A stretch of 64,000 nt of DNA from Lingula anatina (taxonomy: Eukaryota > Animalia > Brachiopoda): NCBI GenBank assembly GCA_051362555.1, contig CM120643.1, positions 13,180,644-13,244,643 on the forward strand. The letters run 5' to 3'. Under the pieces are notes generated by a model. That model saw only the letters and a program-made list of their open reading frames with translations. It did no database searches and was not told where the DNA came from. Positions 1 to 14,343 of this stretch are shown here, piece after piece; positions within the stretch are counted from its first letter, which is position 1; each line of letters opens with the position of its first letter. The position numbers were made by a program, and so were the translations under genes.

Positions 1-693
1 TCTAAATATGTTAACAGGCAAGAGATGTCCTCGTAGAGTCGGTTCGGTTCCGTCAGAGCCACACTGCGCCACTGGCTAATTGGCTGAAAGGGGTCTGATT
101 GGCATGAATTGCATGGTAAATTAACCCCGTGTACTAGCTTTCTGTCATCGTCCTCACGCAGTGCTATCTTTCCTTGAAACTCTGAGGTGGTTGCCTGTAC
201 TGCCTGCCCATGTATTGCCGTACCAAAGGCATACAAATCCTTCTACATCGGTAGCTACCGGTGCCCCTGTATAATCACGTTAATTGTATGCATTAGCAAT
301 AATATGACTGTTGAATCGCATCCCCGCACTATCCACGCTGAATCTGATTCCGCTCTCGGCTGTCAATCTCTCTCACTCTCTTTCTCTCTCTCTGGGTTTC
401 TGAAATGAAAAAGATGGATCACTAGCTATAAACCAGCCAGCTATCAACGTGTGCGAGTTTGATGCTTGCGATGGGGAAAGCCGCGGTGCGCTTTTAAGCA
501 AGCTGAGAAGAATAACCGAGTTTCACTGTATAAACTACGGCGGATCCTCACTGAGTTAACAGTATAACAGACCTGTTCTGGGGCCGAAACGGATGTGTGT
601 GATTTTGTTGCTCATGCAGCAGCAATTGGTGTTGTCTCCCGTTTGAACAAAACAAACGAGAAATGGTATTTTGAAACCACTGCTGTTGATACA

Positions 694-695
<2 letters not shown>

Positions 696-746
<51 letters not shown>
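696..746. repeat. compound (GT)n(AG)n microsatellite
   Basis: GT run followed directly by an AG run. Confidence 0.95.
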
Positions 747-747
<1 letters not shown>

Positions 748-1319
748 GCTACTTTTACTTCAACCTATAAATGACTTGTAGATCAATGCATATTTTTTAA
801 TTGGTTTTAATTACACCCATAACAGTAGGTAACAATCAAATACATTGCACGCTGTAAATGTTCTTTGAGATTCTACAAGAGTTACGAGAATAAAAAACCG
901 TCATGTCGATGAATCCCTGTGGGTTCTTTGTACAGAAACAATGACAAAGAAAAAATCTGAAATCTGGAACACACACGTCAATTCCATAGCCACGAGATGT
1001 CAAAGCAAAGATGTGTTCACCAATGCAAATATTGAATGGTTTATGAGACGTTCCATTGGGTCGCGTCTAGTATCGTTTTAAGTAAACCTGTTATAGGAAT
1101 AGTTTGGGAAGGAGGCGCCTTTTTTTGCACCCGCCAAAGGATCCGTGAGTTCATTGGTAAGTGCAGGTGAGTTCCTGTGTCAATTTAAGATGGGTTGACC
1201 TATCTTTTTCTATGGGTATTTCAACTTCCGAGATCAGAAAGCCCACCGAATCCATATATTGGCCGGTAATTGTAACTGAGGCAAGTCGTGCGCCGTGGTT
1301 AACTTTCTATGCTGTCGAG

Positions 1320-2690
1320 CCACTCTAGCGTATAGCACTATCGTATGAGAACGTACAAGAGAAATTGGTCACGCTAGGGTTCAATTGGCTTAAGTCGTAT
1401 ACGCTTCGAGTGCGCCAGCGAATGTTGATGTACTTTTCCATATGCAGAGGGCGATGCATTAGGGATACGCTAAGCACACGACAAACACGCTAGGGTGACA
1501 CTAAGTGTACGTTACAGTACGCTCCTCATACTGTGGTCAGTAAAGCTAGCGTATTCGTAGCGTAAGAGTAACGTGATGCTGACGAACGGGTGATATATGG
1601 AACGTATTTTTAATGACTGATTAATATATTAAATTTAACAAAAAAGGTAATCAGAACAATACATACATATGTCACTCTCACGCTCCTCTACGGTATCCGT
1701 ACGCTATTGATGTTTGTTATACTGTCACGGGGTAACATAACATTTAAAATAATAATTTTGGAAAACCCCTCTTCGGTATACTGAGTACTTTCTGACCCTG
1801 TGCACTGTATTGTGCACCGGATGATAGTCTTTGGATTTAACGTGTAAAGTCATGTTTTATCTTTGAAGCGTGACAATTTGTAAGGGAAATTTGGTCATTG
1901 ATACCTAAGCAAAAACAATGACCTGCCTCTTGCATCACATTATACATAATAAGGTAAAGATATTAGCTGCATGTCGTAAATGATCTGTATAACCAATCTC
2001 ATGTAATCCAGCATTTAGGTTTGATGATTTCACGTATTGTCCATGCAATCAGCATTATTCAATAAGTAAAGTAATTCTGACCATATATGGTAAAATGCAC
2101 ACGGTACTGATGTATTTGCACACGGTACACTATTTATTATAATATAAATATATCTGAAATTTATTGAAAAGTTAGTCAACTTTCCGAAAAGCTGAAGTGC
2201 TAAAGCAGAGGATCAACAAGTAGTAAGAGCAGTGGCTTAAAGGGTTGAAGTTAGCACATAGAAGTCCTGTAAGCTGCACTCGGAAATAAAACAAAGTATA
2301 TTCCACAAATTGACTCCTTTTATCAATAGTTACGAAGCTAATAACCTCCGTAACAATACGCTACACTTACGATAGCATACGTTTACATATACTTGTATTA
2401 TTCATACGCTACTTAAGCGCAAATTAATATACGGTGCAAATACGCTACTCATACGCCATCTATATGCTACGTGTACTTCTATATTCATTTTCATACCTTA
2501 GAAAAAGGAGCGATTTCATACCTAGAAAGTTGCTGTCCGCCTACGTCAAGTCTGTATCTGCTGATACGTCACTTCTCTACACATCTGAGGTCCATTCACT
2601 CAGGTGGTATGCCGCTGGGCTGGCTACAGGTTGGTCTTAAGATAGATATGTGACTAGTGCCAGCTATGTTTTCTGAGTGTGAATGCGCCT
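1320..2690. mobile_element. degraded non-autonomous element rich in ACGCTA/TAGCGT motifs, probably interrupted at ~1725-2330
   Basis: Two blocks (~1320-1720 and ~2340-2690) are dense in acgcta/tagcgt/atacg motifs and end in gtgtgaatgcgcct, a Harbinger-like terminus. No matching left TIR was found. Confidence 0.3.
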
Positions 2691-4947
2691 GAAAAGGGAC
2701 CTGCACATTATAGCATATACTGTGCACCATACCTTGAAACAATACAATCTGAACATAACACTAATGTATATGTTAATTCCCGTGCTCTGCGGTTTTTCCA
2801 TTTAGATGGGGAATACAATTATTTTGATGCTCATTCATATTTCGGTCAGTTTTTCTAAAAGGAAATACTGCATTTAAGCGAAAAAATCATTAAATTAATG
2901 ACAGTATAAGGGAAGGTGATGTTGTAGGTGTTTTATTCCGGGCAATATGAGAACACCATGATTACAAAAAATTATGACGATCGACAGAAATTATTGTGAT
3001 TTTAAATTAAAACAGCATTTCCATCAAAGAAGCTCATTTCTGTAGAGTGAAAGTGAGATCTGACATGACTAATTAAGACAGTCGCAGGAGGCTGAAAGCA
3101 GAAAAGAACAGCGTTCTGATTTTTTTTTTATTTAAAACGCAGTAACCTAATACTAAGCTTAATTAAACCGAGATATCAAACGGAGAAACAAATCAATGGG
3201 ATTAATTACCATTAATGGCCATTAGGCACTGGCAGTTAACAAGATATCGTAAAAAAAGGATTGAGAGCACTAGACAGAATGGGAATGAGGGTAATCTGGC
3301 CAAAAATAAAAAAGAAGTAAATAATGAGACACATATAATTGGAACTGTTTTAAATGACGGGCGTAGTTAGTGTAATGACGGTATACAGATGGCCGTATTA
3401 AATGTTGACGTGACCTTCTAAAATTTGTATCCAGACACTTAAGTTTAACAAACAAATAAATAAATTAATTAATAGATAAATAAATAAATATTATTAATAT
3501 ATATATGATAAATGTTTGAAATTCTGGAAGAACACGTGTCTAGTCTGAGCCACCCGATCGACCATTTTGTACCTTGCACTTGACAGTAACACGTGTCCAG
3601 CGCAAGTACACGTGCATTTTATCAGTGGTTTATACACCACCCCTATTCTCTTATAAATTAAAAGGGGATATCAAACTACCCATCTCACTAAACTTATCTT
3701 GATTTGGACTTGGTGAAGTTTGCCAATGTCAATTTTTTTTCAATGTATTATAGCAGTGGTTGGATCCCCGATTTTGTCATATTAATTTCTCAGAAATAAT
3801 CCGGGATGCTAGTAGGCAGAGGCGACATACCCTTCCTCCTCGTACATTTTGTGTAAATAAGAATATAGACCAGTTGTTAAAAAATAAATAATACGGTTTA
3901 CACAGATGGGTGAGTATGAAAATCATTAATGAAGTTCAAATGACAAGCACTAACTAACAAATCGTATTTTAAATATGTTTTGCAGAGAGGAAACCACTGG
4001 AAACCAACAATCTAACTACCTGTAGGAGAATAATTCAGATCCATCATGGCGGGATGAAGATGAACGATGCTGAAAGGCCATTTTTAAAATCGGGCATAGA
4101 TATCATTTTTAGAGGACACCAGGAACCCACCTCTCTACTCTACAGTAAAAAAAGCCTTTTCATTTCAAATCCAACATCTTTCATGCACCTCTCTATTTCA
4201 ATTTCAAAAAGCAACTACAAAAATTGGGGGGAAATGAGCGTAGGCTGCAACAAAGAGCGAACATGTATGTCTGACTAATAGACTATAATTCAAGACATGT
4301 GATACGAGTTACCACTTTCAAAACCACTGTGATGAATTCATTGTTCAAAGAGTCGAACATATATTACACAACAATATAATGTACAATAAACACGCACCCA
4401 ACCACCGCCGTCTCTCTGACAGCGACAGAGAAAGATTGCTCTAAAGACTCTCGAATGAGCAACTTTACAGCCAAGGCGAATTAGGTCGATTCTTCTCTTG
4501 TGGGCTTCGTATAACTTATACGGGTTTACAATTTAGACTGATTTCCTACGTGGATACGACCACATATGTCACCTTAACGGAAAGCACTCCGATTTCATTC
4601 TACATTTATGATTCCATAACGTTATGCTTAAATATTGATGATACGTTGAACAGTTCACCTAATACGTGTAGAAAATCACAATGTGTTTTTGACGCGCGTA
4701 CAGCAACGATCGTCATGGTGAAAACATTAAGATTATGTTACGTTGCAGGTTGGTAAAGTATTAACTTAATTAATAAGCAAACCTTTCATCTAGGCACCCC
4801 CCCCCTCCAGTAATACCTCTACTGGGGTCACAGAAAGAATTTTTGCACTGTATGTTCACAGATATATATCTCTGGCTATTTCTCTGCACTTTTCTGTACT
4901 GCTCAGCTCTGATAGAGTACCTTCAACGTGTCTCGTTGACAACGATC

Positions 4948-5515
4948 GTGACACCTCCCGGGCGGCTGAAAAAGTTGCTGATTCAAAGATCAATAACTTA
5001 ATCAGTTTTTAAGATATTGCAATGAAACTTGGGATTTTAGGAAAATGATGCTGAAATAAAGGCTGAAAATTTCGTTACTCTACTTTCTTAGTTCTGGAAA
5101 ACAGAAATCAAATTAAAATTTGAAGTCAAAAAATGCCATGCAGGCGTGGAAGTCCGGAGCCCCATGTGATTAGTACAAGTTAGGGTTGTGGAGTATTGAG
5201 GTTAAGATTATGGGACGAATGCCAAATTTTAAAGTAATGGGGATAGGACAACGGTTCCTAACGGACTGCCATTCCTGTCACACCGGCCTTTGTGACGTCT
5301 GACAAGTGCCAGTGTCTGGCAGTTTTGATATCAAAACGTTTTTTTTTTATTTGACGAAAATATCAAATAACATTTCGCGGTAACACTTGAGATTTTCATG
5401 ATTGACAAATAACACTTGATAATACTTAATTTCAATTCAAAAGCTTGACAGCTATTGAAGTTTTTGAATTTTGAAGTTAGTAACGTTTTCGAGCCACCCG
5501 ATATGGCCTTGTCAC
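4948..5515. mobile_element. old MITE with long diverged terminal inverted repeats
   Basis: Left end gtgacacctcccgggcggctgaaaaagttgctgattcaaagatcaataactt aligns to the reverse complement of 5430-5515 (gtgacaaggccatatcgggtggctcgaaaacgttactaacttcaaaattcaaaaactt). Confidence 0.6.
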
Positions 5516-7465
5516 TAGTACTATCGTGTATGTCATCTATGCCTCATTGTGAGCTGACACATGGGTGTATAATAAGTAACAACGTGGTATGAATAAAAGA
5601 TTACCTGAACAGTCTTTACGCCAATGACGGGGAACTTTTATATTGATAAGTCATGATTTACCTGTAAGGGCCTTACAGAAAACGTATCCAACGGCAACTA
5701 CATGTACATGTAGTTATTTCAACGAACGGTGACTTGTCGAATTCTGCATAGAAGTAAGATGCAATTATTCATCTGTTTTAGGAACACACAGTCAATCATC
5801 TGACCCTTAAACAACTTGCAATTTAATTACAATGTTAGTGTCACAGATTCATCATTCACTGAATGAATAAGTTCAAAACACTAAATGAAGTTATTTATTT
5901 GTGATCACGTGAACTATGACGTTTGTGTCCTTGACGTTTGTGGCCTCTAGATTCCGATCAGTTCATCGATTCACGACTCAGACATTCAGACATTCTAAGA
6001 AACAATTATTAAACTTTCATCTCAACAGTAAGAATACAACATGTCTCAGAATGACGGAATTCTTGGAAAGCACACTATATCGTATACACAAACACATGCA
6101 CACAAACAAAGGTACTGTATCAATGACAACGACAGATCTTTTGTTCTTTGGCTGCCAGTTTCTTTCATTCCCATCTGATATTTTGGTGACTATTTTCTTC
6201 ATCTCCTGCCGGCAACTTTTATTACCAGTACGGTAATATAGCATTATGAAGCACTACCAGACTTCTGGAGACAGAATGGTTCGTAGGCTGCGCAACGGTT
6301 TACTGATGTGGAATCGAATCACGGCACCATTTAAGATACTAGAGCGCGTTGGCGGTGTCACAGCTGAGCAACGAAACGCATTTGCAAATATTGTTAAAAT
6401 GACAATAAAAAATAAGACCTGGTAGTCTCTGGTTGTGTGAAACATGCAGTTGGCTTCGGTGAATGTAGCAATAAGAATAGATATGATTAATTTAATTTGC
6501 ATTAGGACTGATAAGTAATGAATAGAGAAAAATGACACCATTATAAAAATGATGAGCGTTGGTGGTGCAGCACCTGGGCATTAACTTACGGTGGCATATG
6601 TGGTATTTATTTCAAAACCTCTTCGAATTAAAGCTGCTTACTAAACAAGTGGTAATACATTACAACTTCAAAAAATACCATGACTGTTTATAATTGGATT
6701 AGATTAATCGACCACCACTGTTACGAAACTGAAATACGTCTAGTGATGATTAATCGATGCCTTTTTAGAAAGACGACGAAATTGAGAAAATAGCAGTCCG
6801 TCCTCTCTCCGTTCCCTAAACCCTTTCCATTGATGATAACACGGAGAATATAGTTCTGGCTTAAGGGCTTGTCCTTTTTCTCTCTTTTGGGGTACAGAGG
6901 GGAGGTCGCATGGCTTTGTTTTGTTTTTTTTCGCTTGTACTACTACCCACTAGTACTGTACCCCCCCCCCCCCGAATCCGCCCTGTATGTTCTTACACAG
7001 TATAATGTTGCTTAGGATAAAAAAATGTAACACATTTTCGTCGTACAATAAATAGATATATAAATAAGATCATATCTTTTTTTTATTGCAACATTCAAGA
7101 GGTACAATTGAATATTTCACTCACCCACACACACACACACACACACGCAAAGACATTTACAGTAAACGGTGCAATAGAAACAACAGCACCACAATGTATA
7201 GAACTGATGATAATAAGAAACAATATAAAAAAACATTGGCAGAAAAGATCGTTAAACTAAGGCAGAAGGGTAACTAGTGGTATCAACATAAAGAAAGTGC
7301 AGTGATCAATAATCATGTTTAAAACATTCAAAATTGTTATTCCAGGCTGCTGCAAATGAGGAGGTTCTTTGGTAATGTACATCGGCGAGGTTAATGATCT
7401 GGAAATGTGTGGGGTTATTTAGTGAATTGATAATTATCGCAGGGTCCACGTTGCTTAAAATTAAG

Positions 7466-7680
7466 TTCCCTTTACACTGGAGGGCGTCCTTTTCTGCGCC
7501 CGGCAGTCTGCACCCGTTTGAGAAGTAAAAAAAATATTTTGCGAGGCGACAACTGGCCAATCATTAAGCATTCATTCTGTAACCAAAGCGATGCTTGTGC
7601 CTCCTTTCTACGACCACGGCGATGCCAGTTTCATGGTCTCAAAAAGGACGCAGAAAGGACGCTGTCCAGTGTAAAGGGGA
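7466..7680. mobile_element. MITE (~215 bp) with ~30-bp TIRs
   Basis: Left tccctttacactggagggcgtccttttctgcg versus the right-end reverse complement tcccctttacactggacagcgtcctttctgcg. Confidence 0.75.
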
Positions 7681-7802
7681 GGGGGGTTAGAAAGGGCAAG
7701 TGCAGGTTGAACATCCGCGATGAATTCAGTGTTATGAAACAATTTGATTTGAGTCGCCACTTACGTCCTCAATACCATCTTATTCATGGACATCTTTAAA
7801 AA

Positions 7803-7807
7803 GGAGA

Positions 7808-7847
<40 letters not shown>
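7803..7847. repeat. (GA)n microsatellite
   Basis: GA run with one interruption. Confidence 0.95.
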
Positions 7848-10606
7848 TGGACTGATTGATTTAATGGCCGGTACAGACACAGTAAAGATGTTCTTCCGCC
7901 TTGATCGGCTACAAAAACATTCAGTCATTTAATAAGATTTTAGTTAAGAGAAGTTTTGCACACAAGCCATAGGTAACAAGTAAATAACACGAACAAACAC
8001 TGAGAAATAAATAAAATAGGGAAAAAACACGTGTATGATCGCTATTCTGCTTTAAGTGTACTTCTCTACTTTGAAGGAATAATCTTTCAATTTTTACTAA
8101 GACCGTTTGGAGAAGTGTATTACTGCATGCACTTTATCTCAATTAATATCAGAATCTATTTGTCTAGTATGAATCTGTTGGGTCGAATTATTCCTGTGAT
8201 TAGTTCAAACTGACAAAATGAACAGTGAAGCCTTGGATCGATAAATAGATCTACATGTGCTGGTGCCAAAGGGTATATTAACTGGAAAATCACTCCCAAA
8301 TCTTTAGCAAGAAATTATACCTGATGATAAATCGGCCGTATCATTTACACAGATAATCTACCAAAAGCTGTTGATCGTGTTTTCCATTCTTTTATATCTT
8401 ATCTCAGCATCCCCTTTCGTATTCGTCCAATATACGTATACTGAACGTTTTCCATTATCCAAACGTGTTATCTAGAGAGAGATTTCATTTCGTATTTTCT
8501 TATCAACTTAAAATTTCCGTCTCCAAAATTAAACGCGCCAGTTTTATGTCGGAGCCGATCAAAAACTCACCTGTGTCAACAGCCAATATACGTCTGCCTC
8601 GGTGATCGCTGCTTGATCGATCTTTGGTGATCGATCCCTTAGACGTTCATCTTAACGTCTCGATAATAGGCAAGTAAAGCAATACCTCCTATTGTAGCAT
8701 ATTTATAGCACCTCAGGTCGCTGTCCCCGAGAAATTTGTGCCAGCTGACCCCTGTAAGGTCACCCTCAATAATAATCCCATTTAAACTGAATTGATACAT
8801 GTAAATGGCAACTTGCTCTAGTGCGCCGTGAGACGTAAACAAGCCCCCGGGAATTATAACGCAAGATTTTCCTTATAAGCTACAGGTCATCATCATTTAT
8901 AGGGTTGGATACGATGGATCTATGGATCTATGGATCTTTTCGCCCTTTGATGACCCAGTTTACACCGGTGTTTATGTTGTCTCAACTTTCTAAAATTGAA
9001 CCATTCATAGGTAATTTTAACAAAAAAACAAAATTGAGAGTGACAAGAAAAGTTCACTAGGGACGACTAAATTTTTCCACCGGAAACTAGATATCCGAAC
9101 TGAAATGTAAGGAGGAACTGAGACAGTTCTACCTCCTCGGGGACAAAACATTTTGGACGCCAGAAGCATTAAGATCACGTACGAGTTTTCTCTAGCAGAG
9201 GGCAGCTGGGTAATGGCGTCATTTTTGTGTCGAAAATGTGGAAGGACGGAAACGCGCGTGCACAGCTGGTGTACACTGTATATCAGATAAAAACCTGTGA
9301 ATATGGGTACTAATAATAATAATAATCACAATGGCAAGTGAAAAATATATAACTATTACAGACGTCATTCAAACAGATTGATGACTTTAATTTCTCTCAG
9401 AATTGCTAAACTAGTAAGCATAATTCAAAATTTTGCATCTTAAATGGCGGATGTTTCCTTATTTCTTTTGAAAAGTATGTTTAACTTGCAATGAGAAAAA
9501 CGTACACAAGAATTAATTTTTTTTGGAAAAGTTGCACGCTCATGTACGTCCATGCGTGCGCCTACGACACCCTTGTTTCGAATACTTCCTAAACCTATGA
9601 AATCCCCTTTTGTTTGTCAAAAAGGTATAAAAATAAATATCTTAATTAATCAAATGAAAATAAAACGCTCTGACATCAATCTGCACTATGCAAAATGGCA
9701 ATTAGAATTCGAGACGGCATGTATGTTTGAAATTATAAAACGTAATGGCATTACCTTGGCTTCAAATGATTTGTTTTTAGTGCTTTTAATTAAGTGATAG
9801 TTCGCACTAAATATATCAAATAAGGTGTACAGAGCTGGTAAAAGTCGTGTTTTAATTGGATGTTGGGGAAAAAAGCTTAAAATATGTAAATCTATTCATT
9901 TTTGCGCATAATAAGTGCTACAGATTATGAAAATGATAAAAATGACAAAACATCCTCGGTGAATGGGAGTTGACTGGAACATGCATTATTAGAACCTCCA
10001 CGCACATGTTTTGTCTCTTTTTCACCATTAAACAGTTCACAGTGTTAAAGAAATATATATCACAGACACAAAATGTTAGTTGACGAGTACCACAATACAC
10101 ATAATATCGCATAATTCAAACCCATAGAATAACTCGGTTCAAGGTACATGTATTTGCGTTTTCCAGAGTCTGCTCCACACGATCCTTTCTGCCTTTCTTC
10201 TAAACACACTCACCTAAACTCCTGCCAAGAAAAACTTACCCTGGACCACTTATTGTGATTATGCACCAGGCGTAATTGACTTTGACTTGTCAGGCTGAGC
10301 CACTTAATGCAAGAAAATTGTTCTGCATCAGAAAATTATTCTGCGAAAAGCATTAAGGGTAAATAATCGGCATGTATGATCAAATGTGCGCAATTTACCA
10401 ATCTGGTACAAGAGTAAAACCCGATGTTATCAAGCAGAGCATTTCATATTGTCCCCTACATCTCTCTGATACTTCAACTGTTTGAGGTAGGTCCCTTCAT
10501 TTCGGTTTCACTAAGTCGCCACAAAATCTGTTATCACCTGCTATCACCCCCCCCCCTCCCGCACCAACCACCAGCTGGTCAGTACAGGGCCTTTCTGTGT
10601 CATAGG

Positions 10607-10665
10607 CTAGGTTCCAGCTGGGTTTTAGATGGGTTCTAGATGGTTTCTAGCTCGGTTCTAGCTGG
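10607..10665. repeat. 11-bp minisatellite (ggttctag[a/c]tg) x ~5
   Basis: ctaggttccagctgggttttagatgggttctagatggtttctagctcggttctagctgg. Confidence 0.7.
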
Positions 10666-13328
10666 AGCATGTCTTGGATTCCATATGGGTTCTGTTTAGG
10701 GCCTATGCTTGCTGATTCGTGATGGACCAACCGAGCTGGCGGTTGTGAGCTGCTTGGGCAAATATTACATTTCATCAAATAAAGGGACTGTGGTACCCAT
10801 AGCTAAGGTGATACCAACAAAACCTACTGGTAGTTACCCCTGTGCAGCAAAAATGGCAACACTATAGGTCGAATAGATTTCGTATAGGATTCAGTTAGAT
10901 TGAAGTATGGGGTTTAGTATACTGGGCGGATGTTACCAGTACAAAGTTACTGGAAACGGACTACGGTTCCTAGTGGTCTACCGCTAGTGTCACATCAGTC
11001 TTTTTAAAGTCACATTGGGCTATACAAGCCGTACTTGGTGAGTTTGTTTATTGTCATCAAATCTGTGTGTATGTATGTATCACTGAACTGTTGACGTTCG
11101 AGGATTAAGTGATCAATAAAGACATGGCAATATATGACATGTAAAGATACACTCAACTTATATGGAGAATACAGCAGGACAATACACAGTAGAAATATCC
11201 AGTAATACGGTTCCTTTGCATCCAACGAGGGCAATGGCAATCCACAGAGTCGTATAAATATTTGATCATTTCAGTTGGCTGATGCATCATGCACTCTAAT
11301 TTCGTATGAGGTGTATTAGCAGTACATTCATACTTGAGCAAGGATGAATAGGTTAATTTGATAGGGCTGCTAGACGATGTGGCAGAAGTAAATCCAATTA
11401 TACACGGTTTTCTAGTTAAATTGGTCTTGTTGGGACACGCCTTTCGCTGTTTTTTGCAATATCGGGTTTCGGTATAATTTTTTTATGTGGCGAAACTAAT
11501 GAGGAGATGTTTTATTTTGGCCCGTGCTTTATTCTTCGTGCTTTACTGCCTCTCAACCGATGTGGCACGTACAAGCTTAAGTGTAGTTGTGAATACATGG
11601 GAAACCAATGGGACAAGCCATGAGTTATGGATTAAGACCAATACAAAGTACACAGAGTTAACGTTGTATCAACATGATTTTGTTGTACATTATTGTTAGG
11701 GCTGGTGTAGTGTAGAAGGGAGTTAGGAGTTGTTGTCTGACATTTGATTTACACGGCGGGTACAGTTATAATATTATAGCTTGAAAAGTGTAGCTAGGAT
11801 TCTGTTAGTGGCGAGAAGGGAGGGTGACAAATTTAGCATTCACTGTGAGTGTTAGATACGAGTGGCGAGGTAAGAAATACATGTACATGTACAGCAGAAA
11901 TGACGCGTATCTTTAGATGTTTTAACTGAAATCTGAAGTGCCGTAGGCCTATTACTACAATGGAATTGTTTTTTTAATTTCAAGACATCACGCCGTTATC
12001 TATTTTGAACCATGATAAATGTGGTCCCGTTGTGTCTTAAGACTTTTCCTAGAATCTCAGTTCAGTTAATTCTAATCTACAAACCACTGGGACCCTGCTG
12101 TTCCAGATCACTTCATGTGCTACCGTTTACAGACCTTTCCAAGAAACGCTCAGTTCGGTTCAATTTCATCTGTAGACTACACATAAATTGAACATGTATT
12201 CACTGTGCTGTACTTGGAACATCCACATAAATGAACCATTTAATTGTCCTAAAATCACAATGTACACGAATATAACATTTGCAGTCTATAGGAAATACAT
12301 TAATTTATTCCAAATTAATCTGATGAAAAACCAGGGCCGAAAAAAGAGATAAATGCTGGTAAAAGTTTACAGTTCATGAAAGCAGGTTATTTGTAAAGCC
12401 TTTTTGGTGCTGATCTAGACGCTGACTGGAGGAAAAATATGATACTTCTGATGGACCAAGTGAAAAGAAAATTAGCAATATTTATAAAGAAGCCCAAACT
12501 TTTGTTTGTTTTTTTTCAAAATTCTCTAGGTAGGAGGGCAACCCTGGTAGAGAATAGCCCTCTCTCAGTGCAGTCACATCCAGGTGGCACTAAATATGGT
12601 TATGGACCGCAGTGAGGGTTAAGTTGTCCATAGATAGGAAGTAATTACTTAAATGAAGGCTTTTGCGTAATCGCATGTTGCATACTCCCATACACATTAT
12701 ATATAGACCCTTTAAGCAGCTTAACACATGCACCTATATACACTACACTTAAAAAGAGGTAAGAAAAGCAAGAAAACATATCGATAAGTAAGAAAAGGTG
12801 TGTGCAAACATGATACTGCTGTCATTCACAGAAACGGTAATCGCCTGTCAGTATTCTTTAAAAACTCACTTGAATCACCTTTGCTATCTGAAAACTGAGT
12901 GAGTGAATCATGCGCAGGTGGACAAATACAAGATGTTTTTTCTCACTATTCCGAAAATAAAACCATTTACGCTGCTGGCGAACGTGGCATCAAGTATAGC
13001 ACAGAAACGCAATTCCTTGATTGTGATGAATCATAATATTTTACTGGCTCTTTCTATATAGTGATGCGTCATACAATTAAAAAAAACGCATATGTACGGC
13101 TGGGTTGATGTACATGTAGGACAGCTACGCGCAACAACGTTTACTGTCGATAATAATTATAATTTCCGTGCATTGGATGCCGGTTTTATGTGGAAATGAT
13201 ATTATTTAAAACATAAAGGGTTCCAATGAGAGGCTTCACGGTCTGGTTTAACGTTTTACAACCATCGGGTTCGTCCTGGCTGTTACTCTATTGGACACTG
13301 ACCTCTATAAACTGTAGCGAATCCAAAC

Positions 13329-13329
<1 letters not shown>

Positions 13330-13385
<56 letters not shown>
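13330..13385. repeat. (TTA)n microsatellite
   Basis: Direct observation. Confidence 0.95.
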
Positions 13386-13387
<2 letters not shown>

Positions 13388-14292
13388 ACTTGTTAATCGT
13401 GAATAAAAAATAAATCAAGAGAGACTGGGCACGCCTGCAGGATCGCGAACTTTGACTACGCGTAATTTGATGTCTACTTCCATCGTTTTCAAAAGTCGAT
13501 TATAGATCTTCGTATTTTAATTATGTATATGTATAACTGGCAACCCTGCGTACTGGTGGACAGAAAGACAGTCAGTATTTAGTTCAGCGGCATAGGTTTC
13601 AAGAATAGGTACTCAGGCACTTATTATTAAAACCCATGGGCATTTAGTCTAGGGATCATTGATGTATTGACCTTGGCAAACTGTTATCACGCTATTACAC
13701 AAGTTTTCGGTCGAGGTAAAAATTAAAGTAGAAACCAGCGTTAGTGCAACAAATCGATACGATAGAGAAGGGGACATAGAATGCTTTTGAGGTGTGAACC
13801 GAACTGTATTTCAGACCGGGGACCCTAGGGCAAGTTCATAAAACGACTATATTTGGTCCGGACGCTATTTTGCACAAGGGCAACTTGTAGTTGACAAGAA
13901 AACGCCCTAATTTGGGACCACGTGGCAACCTGGCAACCACGTGACTATCACCTTGGTACAGCGTTGCAATGTGGTAGCATCATGCTAGCCCCATGGTTCC
14001 AATCGTCCTCAAATTTTTGTTCTCCGATATTTTTTTCGCAGTTTTTAGGTCTCCCCTTTGGAGGAATTTGTGGAACTTTGCTGGTTCTATTCAAGGATAA
14101 TACAAACAGGACTTCTGGCCGCAGTGTTACCATGTGCATATCGGCATATTGACCCCGAATTGTAACATTCTAGTGTGTTGTGCCAGCTAGGGGTGGACCC
14201 ACCAATTCGGCATCTTCTTATTTCATCCCCATCCATCCTTTCTTATAGAAAAATACGTTCCTCTGGTATGGCGATCAATAAGCGTCCTGGCT

Positions 14293-14293
14293 T

Positions 14294-14340
<47 letters not shown>

Positions 14341-14343
14341 TTT
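14293..14343. repeat. (TTTA)n microsatellite
   Basis: Direct observation. Confidence 0.95.

Noticed and set aside
7920-8330. Possible LINE 3' end on the minus strand
   Set aside because: Only vague motif resemblance, with no frame that could be followed.
11150-11270. RGQWQSTESYKY resembling the GxWxS..Y end of DIRS/Ngaro tyrosine recombinases
   Set aside because: No convincing upstream HSxR motif in any frame; too degenerate to call.
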